The translations under genes and the position numbers were made by a program. The notes under the pieces were generated by a model. That model ran no database searches. It was not told the origin of the DNA and saw nothing but the letters and a program-made list of their open reading frames with translations. A DNA stretch of 62,342 nucleotides from an uncultured Bdellovibrionales bacterium (lineage in GTDB: Bacteria; Patescibacteriota; Minisyncoccia; Moranbacterales; UBA2206). The stretch is taken from positions 1 to 62,342 of the forward strand of contig CAYOTC010000004.1 of NCBI GenBank assembly GCA_964406815.1, in the 5' to 3' direction. Of this stretch, positions 18,408 through 28,308 are shown piece after piece (the stretch's first letter is position 1; every line of letters starts with the position of its first letter).

Positions 18408-19439
18408 ATGTTGGAACAAAAAATAAATGAAATAAAAAACCAGGCGGAAAAATCAATTTCGGCGATAAAAAATAGCGGCGAACTTTTTGAAATTGAAAAA
18501 AAATATCTTGGCAGAAAAAGTGAATTTATCAGCATCTTGAAGAATCTGAAAAACTTAGAAGAAGAGGAAAGGAAGAAAATTGGCGAACTGGCCAACAGGA
18601 CAAAAAATGAAATTTTCATTTTGATAGATGAAAAAAAGAAAGAACTTTCTGGTTTTGGATCAAATTTGGAAAAAGAAAAGATTGACGTGACTATTCCGGG
18701 AAAAAGAAAAGGTGTGGGACATTTGAATCCAATTTCTTTGGTTCGGCGCGATATCGAGGATATTTTTACCAGTATGGGATTTGAGATTGCGGATGGGCCG
18801 GAAATTGAAAATGAATTTTATAATTTTGATGCTTTAAATATTCCTAAAGATCATCCAGCGCGGGATATGCAAGATACTTTTTGGCTGAAGCAATCTGAAG
18901 GCGAGGAAAAATTGGCAATGAGATCACAAACGTCGGCAGTGCAGGCGAAATATATGCAAAGCCACAAGCCTCCATTTAGAATAATTGCTCCAGGAAGAGT
19001 TTTTAGAAATGAAGCGACTGATACAACTCATGATCATACATTCCATCAATTTGAAGCGCTTATTGTTGGAGATAATATTACTGTGGGAAATCTAAAACAA
19101 ATCGCCGAAGTTTTCTTTTCGGAATTTTTCAAAGTGGAAACGAAAGTGAGGCTTAGGCCGAGTTATTTTCCATTCACTGAACCGAGCTTTGAATTTGATA
19201 TCACTTGCACTGTTTGTCACGGAAAAGGTTGTCGGGCTTGTAAAGGTGGGGGATGGCTGGAACTCGGCGGCGCCGGAATGGTCAATCAAAATGTTTTCGT
19301 TTCAGCCGGTTATCCGCGCGGAAAATATACCGGTTTTGCTTGGGGATTCGGACTGGAAAGACTTGCGATGATGAAATATAAGATTGATGAAATCAGGCTT
19401 TTTCACTCAGGAGATTTAAGATTTATTAGACAATTCTAA
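18408..19439 (+). CDS. pheS: phenylalanine--tRNA ligase alpha subunit
   Basis: 343 aa. HPARDMQDTF, class II motifs FRNEATDTTHDHTFHQFE and YFPFTEPSFEFD, GFAWGFGLERLAM. Confidence 0.92.
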   Translation: MLEQKINEIKNQAEKSISAIKNSGELFEIEKKYLGRKSEFISILKNLKNLEEEERKKIGELANRTKNEIFILIDEKKKELSGFGSNLEKEKIDVTIPGKRKGVGHLNPISLVRRDIEDIFTSMGFEIADGPEIENEFYNFDALNIPKDHPARDMQDTFWLKQSEGEEKLAMRSQTSAVQAKYMQSHKPPFRIIAPGRVFRNEATDTTHDHTFHQFEALIVGDNITVGNLKQIAEVFFSEFFKVETKVRLRPSYFPFTEPSFEFDITCTVCHGKGCRACKGGGWLELGGAGMVNQNVFVSAGYPRGKYTGFAWGFGLERLAMMKYKIDEIRLFHSGDLRFIRQF

Positions 19440-19442
19440 TTT

Positions 19443-21830
19443 ATGAAATATTCATATAACTGGCTCAAGGAAATATCGGGAACAAAACTTTCAGCGGAAA
19501 AGGCGGCGGAGTTTTTGACTATGCAATCGATGGAAGTCGAAGGCGTGGAAAAAATCGGGGGAATTCCGGATGGAGTTTTGGTTGGTCAGATTGTTGATAT
19601 CAAAAAACATCCGAATGCTGACAAGCTGCAAATTACGAAAGTCAATGTAGGGACAAATAATCATTTGTCCATAGTTTGCGGAGCACCAAATATTGAAGTC
19701 GGAAATAAGGTTCCGGTGGCAACTATTGGAACAATATTACCAGGGAATTTTATTATAAAAGAAGCGGAAATTCGCGGCGAGAAATCTTTCGGAATGCTTT
19801 GTTCGGAAAAGGAACTTGGATTAGGCGATAGTAATTCCGGCATATTGATGCTTGATGAAAAAGCTAAAATCGGAGACAAAGCTTCTAAATATCTCGCCCA
19901 GGAAGATTCGATAATTGAGATAAAAGTTCTGCCTGACAGATCACATGATGCAATGAGTCATGTAGGAGTGGCCCGGGAGCTTGCAGCTCTTTCCAAAAAG
20001 GAAATGGATTATGATTTCGACGGATTGAAACTGCCAAAGATCGGATCTAGAAATGCCAAAAACAAATTTTCCATAAAGATAAAAGACAAAAAACTTTGTC
20101 CGCGCTATATTGGTGCCATAATGACCGATATTGAAATTAAGGATTCTCCGGATTGGATGAAATCCAGGCTTATCGCTTCCGGGATGCGGCCTATAAATAA
20201 TATTGTGGACGCTACAAACTATGTCATGCTGGAACTCGGGCAACCTCTTCATGCTTTTGATATTGAAAATGTAAAAGATGAAAAATCAAAAATTGGCATA
20301 GTAGTGAGACGGGCGGAAGATTCGGAAAAGATGACACTGCTTGATGATACAAAAGTCGAATTAAACAGAAATGACCTTCTTATAACCAATGGAGAAACTC
20401 CCTTGGCGTTGGCTGGAATAATGGGAGGAAGAAACTCCGGAATCAATAGTGGAACTAAAACTATTCTTATCGAATCAGCTAATTTCAATGCGGAAAATAT
20501 CCGGCGGACAAGAGTGAGGCTTAAACTGAAAACCGAATCCTCGGATCGTTATGAAAAAAGCATCGATCCGAATTTGGCTGAAAAAGCGCTGACTCGCATA
20601 ATTGAAATTCTTGAACACACTGCCAATGGAAAATTGGAAATAATTGTTGACGAGTATCCGGAAAAAATAAAGTCCCTAAGTATAAACCTTGAGGAAGATT
20701 ATGTAAGCGGTCTCTTGGGAGAGAAGGTTTCAGTCAAAGAGATTGCAGCGATTTTGAAATCAGTTGGCATTGAAACCAAACTGAAAAATGCCAAGTCCAA
20801 AAAAATAACCATAAGCTGTATGGTTCCGACTTTCCGGGTCGATTTGAAAACTCAAGAAGACTTGATTGAAGAAATCGGACGACTGCGCGGATATGAAAAG
20901 ATAGATCCGCGCCCGATTGACGCACCAGTCATACCAGCCAGACGGAATGAAATAATATTTTTTGAAAGAAAAATCCAAGATATTTTGACCAGTTATGGAT
21001 TTGATGAGATGTATAATTATTCTTTTTATTCCAAAGTTGATTTAGAAAAATGCAGATTGGGACACGATCATTTGGAACTGGCTAATCCGATGAATCCAGA
21101 GCAGGAGCTGATACGCGCGAGCATGCTGCCAAGTATCCTCAAAAATATCAGGGAGAATCTGAAAAATTTTAATGCTTTAAATATTTTCGAAATAGGCAAG
21201 GTTTATTATAAAAACAAGGGAATAGTTGAGGAAAGAAGAATGTTGATTATGGCGCAAGTTTTGGAAAAAGATAGTAATGCGGATACATTTTATTCTTTAA
21301 AAGGCAATGTTGAAGATTTATTGGAAAAACTTGGATTTAGAAATATCAAAATAATCAATGATAATAAGTCAGTGACAAGCGAACAAAAAGGACGCGTGGC
21401 TTCAATATATTCTGAAAGCAATATTCTTCTCGGAACGATTTCAGAAGAAAACAAAAAAGCTCTCGATAGTTATAAGATAGCAAAACGAGTAGTAGTGGCA
21501 TCATTATGTACAGAAAATCTTCTGTTGGAGGTTCCAATGACTATAAAATTTCAGCATGTTTCCAAATTTCCTACAGTCACACGCGATATTTCCATGATAG
21601 TTCCGCAAGGTTTGTATTATTCCGATATTTACGAAGAAGTTAAAAAAACCGGAGGAAAATTAATTAGGAGCGTTTCGCTCTTTGATTATTTCGAAGCTAA
21701 AAAAAGTCTGGCAATCAGAATTGAGTTCGTAACGCCTGATCGGACGCTGGAGAGCGCTGAAATTGATAGGGTAATGGAGAAAATAGTGTCGGAACTGGAG
21801 AAAGAATTAAAAATTGAAATAAGGAAATAA
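19443..21830 (+). CDS. pheT: phenylalanine--tRNA ligase beta subunit
   Basis: 795 aa. MKYSYNWLKE start, an N-terminal tRNA-binding domain (HPNADKLQITKVNVG), B3/4 and B5 regions. Its start lies 4 nt after the pheS stop. Confidence 0.9.
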   Translation: MKYSYNWLKEISGTKLSAEKAAEFLTMQSMEVEGVEKIGGIPDGVLVGQIVDIKKHPNADKLQITKVNVGTNNHLSIVCGAPNIEVGNKVPVATIGTILPGNFIIKEAEIRGEKSFGMLCSEKELGLGDSNSGILMLDEKAKIGDKASKYLAQEDSIIEIKVLPDRSHDAMSHVGVARELAALSKKEMDYDFDGLKLPKIGSRNAKNKFSIKIKDKKLCPRYIGAIMTDIEIKDSPDWMKSRLIASGMRPINNIVDATNYVMLELGQPLHAFDIENVKDEKSKIGIVVRRAEDSEKMTLLDDTKVELNRNDLLITNGETPLALAGIMGGRNSGINSGTKTILIESANFNAENIRRTRVRLKLKTESSDRYEKSIDPNLAEKALTRIIEILEHTANGKLEIIVDEYPEKIKSLSINLEEDYVSGLLGEKVSVKEIAAILKSVGIETKLKNAKSKKITISCMVPTFRVDLKTQEDLIEEIGRLRGYEKIDPRPIDAPVIPARRNEIIFFERKIQDILTSYGFDEMYNYSFYSKVDLEKCRLGHDHLELANPMNPEQELIRASMLPSILKNIRENLKNFNALNIFEIGKVYYKNKGIVEERRMLIMAQVLEKDSNADTFYSLKGNVEDLLEKLGFRNIKIINDNKSVTSEQKGRVASIYSESNILLGTISEENKKALDSYKIAKRVVVASLCTENLLLEVPMTIKFQHVSKFPTVTRDISMIVPQGLYYSDIYEEVKKTGGKLIRSVSLFDYFEAKKSLAIRIEFVTPDRTLESAEIDRVMEKIVSELEKELKIEIRK

Positions 21831-21833
21831 GCT

Positions 21834-24401
21834 ATGAAACAGATTCCGAAAACATACGAAGCTGAAAAATACGAAGGCAAAATTTATAAGATTTGGGAAA
21901 AATCGGGGAAATTCAATCCGGATAATATAAAATCTTCTAAGAAATATTGCAATATCTTGCCGCCACCGAATGCCAATGGTGAACTTCATCTGGGACATGC
22001 CAGCGGATATACCGTTATGGATATTTTTGGTCGGTTTGAAAGGATGAATGGCAAAAAAGTCTTGCTTTTGCCGGGCAAAGACCATGCCGGAATTCAGACG
22101 CAAGTTGTTTTTGAAAAAAAAATAAAGGAGGAAAATAATTTGACGCGATATGATATGGGACGAAAGAAATTCTATAAAGCTTGTTATGATTTTTGTATGG
22201 GCCGTTCGAAATATATGCGTTCTCAGGAAAAACAGATCGGGATAAGTGCTGATTGGTCGCGGGAAAAATTCACGCTTAATCCCGAAGGGCTGAAAATCGC
22301 GCTGGAAACTTTTATTAAATTATACCAAGACGGTTTAGTGTATAAGGGAAAGCGAATAATTAATTGGTGTCCGAGGTGCGGAACGGCACTTTCTGATGTT
22401 GAAGTCATTCATAAAGAACAGGAAGGGAAATTTTATTATATAAAATATCCGATAAAAGGTTTCAATGATTCAGTGACTGTCGCAACAACCAGGCCAGAAA
22501 CTATGTTGGGCGACACGGCGGTCGCAGTCAACCCTAAAGATGAAAGATTCAAGAGTCTTGTCGGTAAGATTTTGATTTTACCCTTACAAAACAGGGAGAT
22601 CCCGATAATTTCTGATCGGCGTATTGATATGGAATTTGGGACTGGAGCAGTTAAAATCACACCAGCCCATGATCTCTTGGACTGGAAAATCGGAAAAGAC
22701 CATAAGCTTCCAGAAATCCAGGTGATAGATGAGAAAGCGGAAATAACCCAAGCGGGCGGAAAATATTTTGGAATAACAGTCTCTGAAGCACGGGAAAAAA
22801 TAATTGCAGACCTTAAAAATCTAGGACTTCTGGAAAAAGAAGAAACTTTAAAAAATAATGTTTCTGTTTGTGAAAGATGTAAAACGACAATTGAGCTGCT
22901 GATTTCTAATCAATGGTTCATTAGGGTTGATGATAAAAATAATTCTTTGAAAAATAAAACTCTGGAGGCGATAAAGAGCGGAAAAGTCAAAATATATCCC
23001 GAGAGCTTTAAGAAAATTCTCATCCAATGGTTTAATAATATGGAAGATTGGTGTATTTCTCGTCAGATATGGTGGGGACCGCAATTCCCAGTCTGGTATA
23101 AGGGAGAAAAAATTTATGTCGGACTAGAAAAACCGAAGGGAAAAGGCTGGGTGCAAGACGAGAATACTTTTGATACTTGGTTCTCTTCCAGTCAATGGCC
23201 ATATACGACTCTTGGATATCCCAAGGGGAAAGATTATAAAGAATTTTATCAGACTGACATGATGATAATGGGAAGGGATATTTTGTTTTTCTGGGCAGCT
23301 AGGATGCTCATGCTCGGAGTTTATCGGACGGGAAAGGTGCCTTTCAAAAATCTTTTCTTTACCGGACTTATTCGCGATAAAGATGGATATAAATTTTCAA
23401 AATCAAGAGGCAATGGGATTGAGCCGCTGGAGATGATTAAAAAATTCGGAGCCGATGCATTCCGTCTGAGTTTAGTTATGGATATCGCTCCAGGACAAGA
23501 TACCAGAATATTCGATGAGAAGATTGAAAATTTTAGGAATTTCGTGACGAAACTCTGGAATATCTATCGTTATTCTTCCAAAGTTGGAAAAGATTTCCGT
23601 CTTTTGGAAAAAATTGGAAAGAAAGATCTGAAAACACTTTCGGACAGATGGATTGTCAGCAAACTTCAAAAAACAATCGAAGATGTCTCGAGATTTATGG
23701 AATCAAAAAATATCTCAATGGCTCAAGAAAGACTGCGAAGGTTTACCTGGGACGCTTTAGCAGATTGGTATATCGAAACCAATAAGATAGAAAAAAATGC
23801 AAAAGTGCTAGGATTTGTTCTGGATAAGATTTTGAAACTCTGGCATCCTTTCGTCCCATTTGTGACAGAAAAAATTTGGCAGGATATTTATGTCGGAAAA
23901 AGAATGTTGATGATGGAAAAATGGACAAAAGTGGATAAAAAATTAATAGATAAAAAAGCAGAAAAGGAATTTGAGCATTTGAAGGATATAATTTCGAAAA
24001 TAAGAAATATCCGTTCGAGTTATCATATTGATCCGGCGAAAATTGTCGAGGCTTGTTTAAAAAAGTCTAATAATTGCGAGATTATCGGAAAGTTAGCCAG
24101 GTTAGATATTTCTAGTGATAAAAATATAGAAAAAGGCATAAAGATAATTGAAAAAAATATAATTATTATTCTTGATATTGCCAATCTGATTGATGTGGAG
24201 AAGGAAAAATCCAGATTTATGAAAGAAATAACAGAATTGGAAAATTCTATCAAGCGTTCTGAAGCAATCTTGGCTAATAAAAATTTTATCTTGAATGCTC
24301 CAAAAGAAATTGTGAATTCCAATAAGCAAAAACTTGCAGAATTTAAAGGAAAAATAAAAGTTCAGAGCGCTCTTCTAGATGAATTAAAGAGGCTTAAATA
24401 A
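21834..24401 (+). CDS. valS: valine--tRNA ligase
   Basis: 855 aa. HIGH motif PPPNANGELHLGHA, TTRPETMLGDTAVAVNP, KMSKS variant KFSKSRGN, and a C-terminal coiled coil. Confidence 0.92.
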   Translation: MKQIPKTYEAEKYEGKIYKIWEKSGKFNPDNIKSSKKYCNILPPPNANGELHLGHASGYTVMDIFGRFERMNGKKVLLLPGKDHAGIQTQVVFEKKIKEENNLTRYDMGRKKFYKACYDFCMGRSKYMRSQEKQIGISADWSREKFTLNPEGLKIALETFIKLYQDGLVYKGKRIINWCPRCGTALSDVEVIHKEQEGKFYYIKYPIKGFNDSVTVATTRPETMLGDTAVAVNPKDERFKSLVGKILILPLQNREIPIISDRRIDMEFGTGAVKITPAHDLLDWKIGKDHKLPEIQVIDEKAEITQAGGKYFGITVSEAREKIIADLKNLGLLEKEETLKNNVSVCERCKTTIELLISNQWFIRVDDKNNSLKNKTLEAIKSGKVKIYPESFKKILIQWFNNMEDWCISRQIWWGPQFPVWYKGEKIYVGLEKPKGKGWVQDENTFDTWFSSSQWPYTTLGYPKGKDYKEFYQTDMMIMGRDILFFWAARMLMLGVYRTGKVPFKNLFFTGLIRDKDGYKFSKSRGNGIEPLEMIKKFGADAFRLSLVMDIAPGQDTRIFDEKIENFRNFVTKLWNIYRYSSKVGKDFRLLEKIGKKDLKTLSDRWIVSKLQKTIEDVSRFMESKNISMAQERLRRFTWDALADWYIETNKIEKNAKVLGFVLDKILKLWHPFVPFVTEKIWQDIYVGKRMLMMEKWTKVDKKLIDKKAEKEFEHLKDIISKIRNIRSSYHIDPAKIVEACLKKSNNCEIIGKLARLDISSDKNIEKGIKIIEKNIIIILDIANLIDVEKEKSRFMKEITELENSIKRSEAILANKNFILNAPKEIVNSNKQKLAEFKGKIKVQSALLDELKRLK

Positions 24402-24403
24402 AG

Positions 24404-24437
24404 CAAAAAAAGTTCGGGATATATCCGGAACTTTTTA
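24404..24437 (+). terminator. terminator-like hairpin after valS
   Basis: aaaaagttcggg / ccggaacttttt imperfect stem followed by a T-run. Confidence 0.45.
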
Positions 24438-24503
24438 TTGACCAAAAACGTTTTTTATAGTAATATTAGGTTTGAGAAAGAAAAACTAAATTCTAGATAT
24501 TTT

Positions 24504-24937
24504 TCAAGGCGGATTGGGCAATTACTTAGGCATTTTTGCCAAAAGAGGAAAGTCCGGACACCCTTTTCGGACCCTAAAATCAGAAAAGAAAAGGATAATG
24601 GATAACGTCCATCCGATGCGTTGCGAGACGTATCGCGGGATAGCGCCACAGAGACTATACTAATTTCGAGTAATCGAAATGAAAGGTGAAAAGTATATCG
24701 AGAAAAGGTGAATTTACGTTCGCTTTATCAGCTGAATAGCGAAATTTTCCTGTTTCAACGATATTTCATCCGCTGTGAGGCGGATTGATGGCAAGCCCTA
24801 TCTGGTGCAAGGCCGTGTCCCAATGAAAATCGGGAAGTGCCGCTATAAATGATTTCGACGGTAACGTCGGAACTAGATAAATTATTGCCACCAATGCGAG
24901 AGTATTGGTACAGAATCCGGCTTATAAATCCGTCTTG
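24504..24937 (+). ncRNA. rnpB: RNase P RNA (bacterial type)
   Basis: Universally conserved P4 strands GAGGAAAGUCCGGAC (about 24546-24560) and ACAGAAUCCGGCUUAU (24910-24925). P1 pairing is caaggcggatt (24504-24514) with aatccgtcttg (24927-24937). Several internal hairpins, and no credible ORF. Confidence 0.85.
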
Positions 24938-25024
24938 ATAAATGTCCAGGATTGAGAAAATGCGTGAAATAAATACAACTTAACTGATTTGTCCTGTTAT
25001 TGTATAATTAAAGCAGTTGGAAGT

Positions 25025-25054
25025 TTGATTTATTTTGCGTTTTTTTATTATAAA
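25025..25054 (+). promoter_or_regulatory. candidate promoter TTGATT-18 nt-TATAAA, 8 nt before the ATG
   Basis: Hexamers at 25025-25030 and 25049-25054. The ATG of the priming transferase is at 25063. Confidence 0.3.
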
Positions 25055-25062
25055 TAAAAACT

Positions 25063-26478
25063 ATGAAGAGATCAGAATTATTTTTCAGTGCCATTCAAGT
25101 TCCAGTAGATTATTTAATGATTATTTTGGCTGGACTTTCTGCTTATTTGATTCGAAATGTTCCCGAGATTATCGCTTTGAAGCCTAAACTTTATAATTTT
25201 CCATTCGATCAATATTTAAAAATTGTTCTCATTATTGCGCCAATTTTTATTGTTGTGTATGCGATTGAAGGGCTTTATGATATTCGTGCTACCAGAAAGA
25301 TTTGGAGAGAGGCTTTAAAAATTTTTACAGCGACTTCTATCGGGTTGGTTATAATTATTGTAGTTATATTTTTAAAAAGAGAATGGTTTTCTTCTCGTTT
25401 TATTATTCTATCTAGTTGGGTTTTGGCTGTTTTTTATGTTGCGCTGGCCAGATATCTCATTCAACTGATGCAAAAATGGCTACTTCGAAAAAAAGGGGTT
25501 GGAACACATAGAGTTCTTCTTATTGGGAAAAATTCCAAGGTAGACAGACTTTCAAGCCTTATTCGACATAATAAGAATATTGGCTATACAATTATTGATG
25601 AAATTGATACTGCTCATCTCAAAGTGATTAAAAAAATTCGCGAAAGAAGAGGAATTGATGAAATAATTCTTTGTGAACCTTCGATAACGGACGATGAACA
25701 GGAAAAACTTATTGACTATTGCGCGATAAATAATATCGGTTATCGCTACATACCTACAACGCTTCAATCTTCCCGTTTCGAAATGGGAGTTTTGGGTGGT
25801 GAGCCGATAATTGAAGTAAAGCATACGCCACTTGATGGCTGGGGTAAGATAGTTAAAAGGATTTTTGATATACTTGCTTCAATAATAGGAATAATTATTA
25901 CTTCACCGATAATGATTATAACAGCGCTGCTTATAAAATTGGAAAGTAAGGGACCGATAATTTATAAAAATGAAAGAGTTGGTGCAGATGGGAAAAGTTT
26001 TTTTGTCTATAAATTTCGCCGTTTCAAATGGGAATATTGTGTCACTAAGGAAAATTCTGGAATAAAAAACGCGTTGAAATATGAAAAAGAACTCATAGAA
26101 AAGCAGAGTGTGCGAAAGGGTCCTCTTTATAAAATAAAAAATGATCCTCGCAGTACGAAAATTGGAAGATTTATCGAAAAAACCTCTATTGATGAATTCC
26201 CACAGTTTTTTAATGTGCTTTTTGGATCAATGAGTTTGGTTGGTCCTCGGCCGCATCAGGAAAGGGAAGTGGAGAAATACATGGATTATCATCGCCGGCT
26301 TCTTACTATAAAGCCTGGAGTAACCGGAATGGCACAGGTTTCCGGAAGATCAGATTTGAATTTTGAGGACGAATATCGCCTCGATCTTTATTACATAGAA
26401 AACTGGTCGATTTTTCTTGATGTTATAATATGTTTTAAGACTTTTGGGACATTATTCAAAAAAAGAAAAAATAATTAA
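25063..26478 (+). CDS. polyprenyl-phosphate glycosyl-1-phosphate transferase (WbaP/EpsB-type bacterial sugar transferase)
   Basis: 471 aa. N-terminal TM bundle and a C-terminal sugar-transferase domain (KRIFDILASIIGIIITSPIM, PIIYKNERVG, YKFRRF, DEFPQFFNVLFGSMSLVGPRPH). Confidence 0.85.
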   Translation: MKRSELFFSAIQVPVDYLMIILAGLSAYLIRNVPEIIALKPKLYNFPFDQYLKIVLIIAPIFIVVYAIEGLYDIRATRKIWREALKIFTATSIGLVIIIVVIFLKREWFSSRFIILSSWVLAVFYVALARYLIQLMQKWLLRKKGVGTHRVLLIGKNSKVDRLSSLIRHNKNIGYTIIDEIDTAHLKVIKKIRERRGIDEIILCEPSITDDEQEKLIDYCAINNIGYRYIPTTLQSSRFEMGVLGGEPIIEVKHTPLDGWGKIVKRIFDILASIIGIIITSPIMIITALLIKLESKGPIIYKNERVGADGKSFFVYKFRRFKWEYCVTKENSGIKNALKYEKELIEKQSVRKGPLYKIKNDPRSTKIGRFIEKTSIDEFPQFFNVLFGSMSLVGPRPHQEREVEKYMDYHRRLLTIKPGVTGMAQVSGRSDLNFEDEYRLDLYYIENWSIFLDVIICFKTFGTLFKKRKNN

Positions 26479-26543
26479 TATCGCTTTGGCACATTTCAGG
26501 ACAGAGAATTTTTCATATTAAGTGCCTTTGCAAAACATATAAG

Positions 26544-27662
26544 GTGAAAATAGCTTTAGTTCATGATTATCTCGTGCAATATGGCGGAGCGGAACGGGTT
26601 CTTGAATGTTTCACGGAAATTTTTCCAGAGGCGCCGATTTATACTTTGGTATACAATAAAGAAGTGATGCATGGGATATTTGAAAAAAAAGATATTAGAA
26701 AATCTTTCATTCAGAAAATACCTTTCGCCAAGAAGCATCATAGGCTTTTTACCCAACTTATGCCGATGGCGATAGAACAGTTCAATCTTTCAAAATATGA
26801 TGTGGTTCTTTCGGACTCATCAAGCTATGCCAAAGGAATCATCACTCGGCCGGAAACTCTGCATATATGTTTTATGCATAATCCAATGAGGTATGCTTGG
26901 GATGATTGTCATAAATATACTGAAGATTTTTATTTCCCCGGACTAATAAAAAAGATCGTTCCTTTCGCAATGAATTATATTAGAATATGGGACAAAGTGA
27001 GCGCTGAACGTCCTGACAAGATAATTTCCAATTCAAATTTTGTTTCAAAAAGAATTAAAAAATATTATAAAAGAGAAAGTATAACGATTAACCCGCCGGT
27101 TAATACTAACAGTTTCTATATTGATAATGAAAAAGGGGATTATTTTCTGATGGTCGGGAGACTTTTAGCTTATAAACGTTTCGATATCGCAATCCAAGCA
27201 TTTAACAAGCTCGGGTTGAAGCTTAAAATTATCGGACGTGGGCCAGAGCTTGAAAGACTTAAAAATATGGCTGGACAAAATATCGAATTTATCACTGAAC
27301 TAATTCCTGATAACAAGCTTTCTCAATATTATTCCAGATGTAGGGCCTTTGTATTTCCTCAAGAAGAAGATTTCGGGATTGTGGCTATTGAGGCTATGGC
27401 TTCCGGTCGACCAATAATTGCATTTCGTGGCGGAGATATTCCTGAACATATGGAAGAAGGAAGAAGTGGAATTTTTATTGAAAATCAAACTGCAGAAGGT
27501 ATTATTTCCGCAGTGAAAAAATTTAAAGAAGAAGATTTTGACCCACAGTATATCAGGAATCAGGCTTTGAAATTTGATAAAGATGTTTTTAAATCTAAAG
27601 TAAAAGCATATATTGAAGATGAATATAATAAACATAAGAATAAGCTATCTTTTGAGTCTTAG
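26544..27662 (+). CDS. glycosyltransferase family 4 (GT-B)
   Basis: 372 aa with a GTG start. MKIALVHDYL, the C-terminal motif EDFGIVAIEAMASGRPIIA. Confidence 0.8.
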   Translation: MKIALVHDYLVQYGGAERVLECFTEIFPEAPIYTLVYNKEVMHGIFEKKDIRKSFIQKIPFAKKHHRLFTQLMPMAIEQFNLSKYDVVLSDSSSYAKGIITRPETLHICFMHNPMRYAWDDCHKYTEDFYFPGLIKKIVPFAMNYIRIWDKVSAERPDKIISNSNFVSKRIKKYYKRESITINPPVNTNSFYIDNEKGDYFLMVGRLLAYKRFDIAIQAFNKLGLKLKIIGRGPELERLKNMAGQNIEFITELIPDNKLSQYYSRCRAFVFPQEEDFGIVAIEAMASGRPIIAFRGGDIPEHMEEGRSGIFIENQTAEGIISAVKKFKEEDFDPQYIRNQALKFDKDVFKSKVKAYIEDEYNKHKNKLSFES

Positions 27663-27693
27663 TCAGCAGACTCAGAGAATGATGTGAGAAAAT

Positions 27694-28299
27694 ATGGAAC
27701 TTAAAGAATACATTCAAATAATCAAAAAGCAATATTTTCTTGTTATTGCAATAATTATTGTAACAGTATTAATAGCGGAAGGGTATTTTATTTTTCGTCA
27801 AAAGGATTATAATACTTCGCTCCTTATCAATATTACACGGACTGGAACTCAAGAGACAACAGATTTTCGTTATGATGATTTTTATAGGTTACAAGCAGAT
27901 GAAAAATTTACAGAAACATTGGTGCAATGGCTTAAAAGTCCTCGAGTGGTTCTTGATATATTAGATGAAGCCGGAGTTGATACTAAGGATATGAATTTAA
28001 GAAAGCTTTCTAAAGCTATTCGTCCGGAAAAGATGTCTTCCCAGGTCATTTTGATTTCGTATGTGTCGCAGGATTCACAAACGGCAAAAAAAATATCGCA
28101 GTCTATAGTAAATGTTATTTCGAAAAAAACAGAAGACTTGAATGAAGATCAAAAAAATAATACTTGGTTTAAAATTATATCCAACGACCCTGTGATAGTT
28201 AAGAATCAAATTGATCTAGTGATGGTTTTTTTGGCTTCGTTATTGATAGGATTTTTCTTGTCTTTTTGGTTGGCTATATTAAGGCACTATTTAAAATAA
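27694..28299 (+). CDS. short Wzz/PCP-like chain-length-determinant protein
   Basis: 201 aa. N- and C-terminal TM helices flank a soluble domain. The N-terminus ELKEYIQIIKKQYFL...KDYNTSLLINI resembles the Wzz N-terminal motif. Confidence 0.55.
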   Translation: MELKEYIQIIKKQYFLVIAIIIVTVLIAEGYFIFRQKDYNTSLLINITRTGTQETTDFRYDDFYRLQADEKFTETLVQWLKSPRVVLDILDEAGVDTKDMNLRKLSKAIRPEKMSSQVILISYVSQDSQTAKKISQSIVNVISKKTEDLNEDQKNNTWFKIISNDPVIVKNQIDLVMVFLASLLIGFFLSFWLAILRHYLK

Positions 28300-28308
28300 G
28301 CTTAAAAA

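Noticed and set aside
24455-24649. A 64-aa minus-strand ORF in the valS-wbaP gap.
   Set aside because: It overlaps the 5' half of RNase P RNA, including the conserved GAGGAAAGUCCGG P4 strand, so the RNA gene explains the region.
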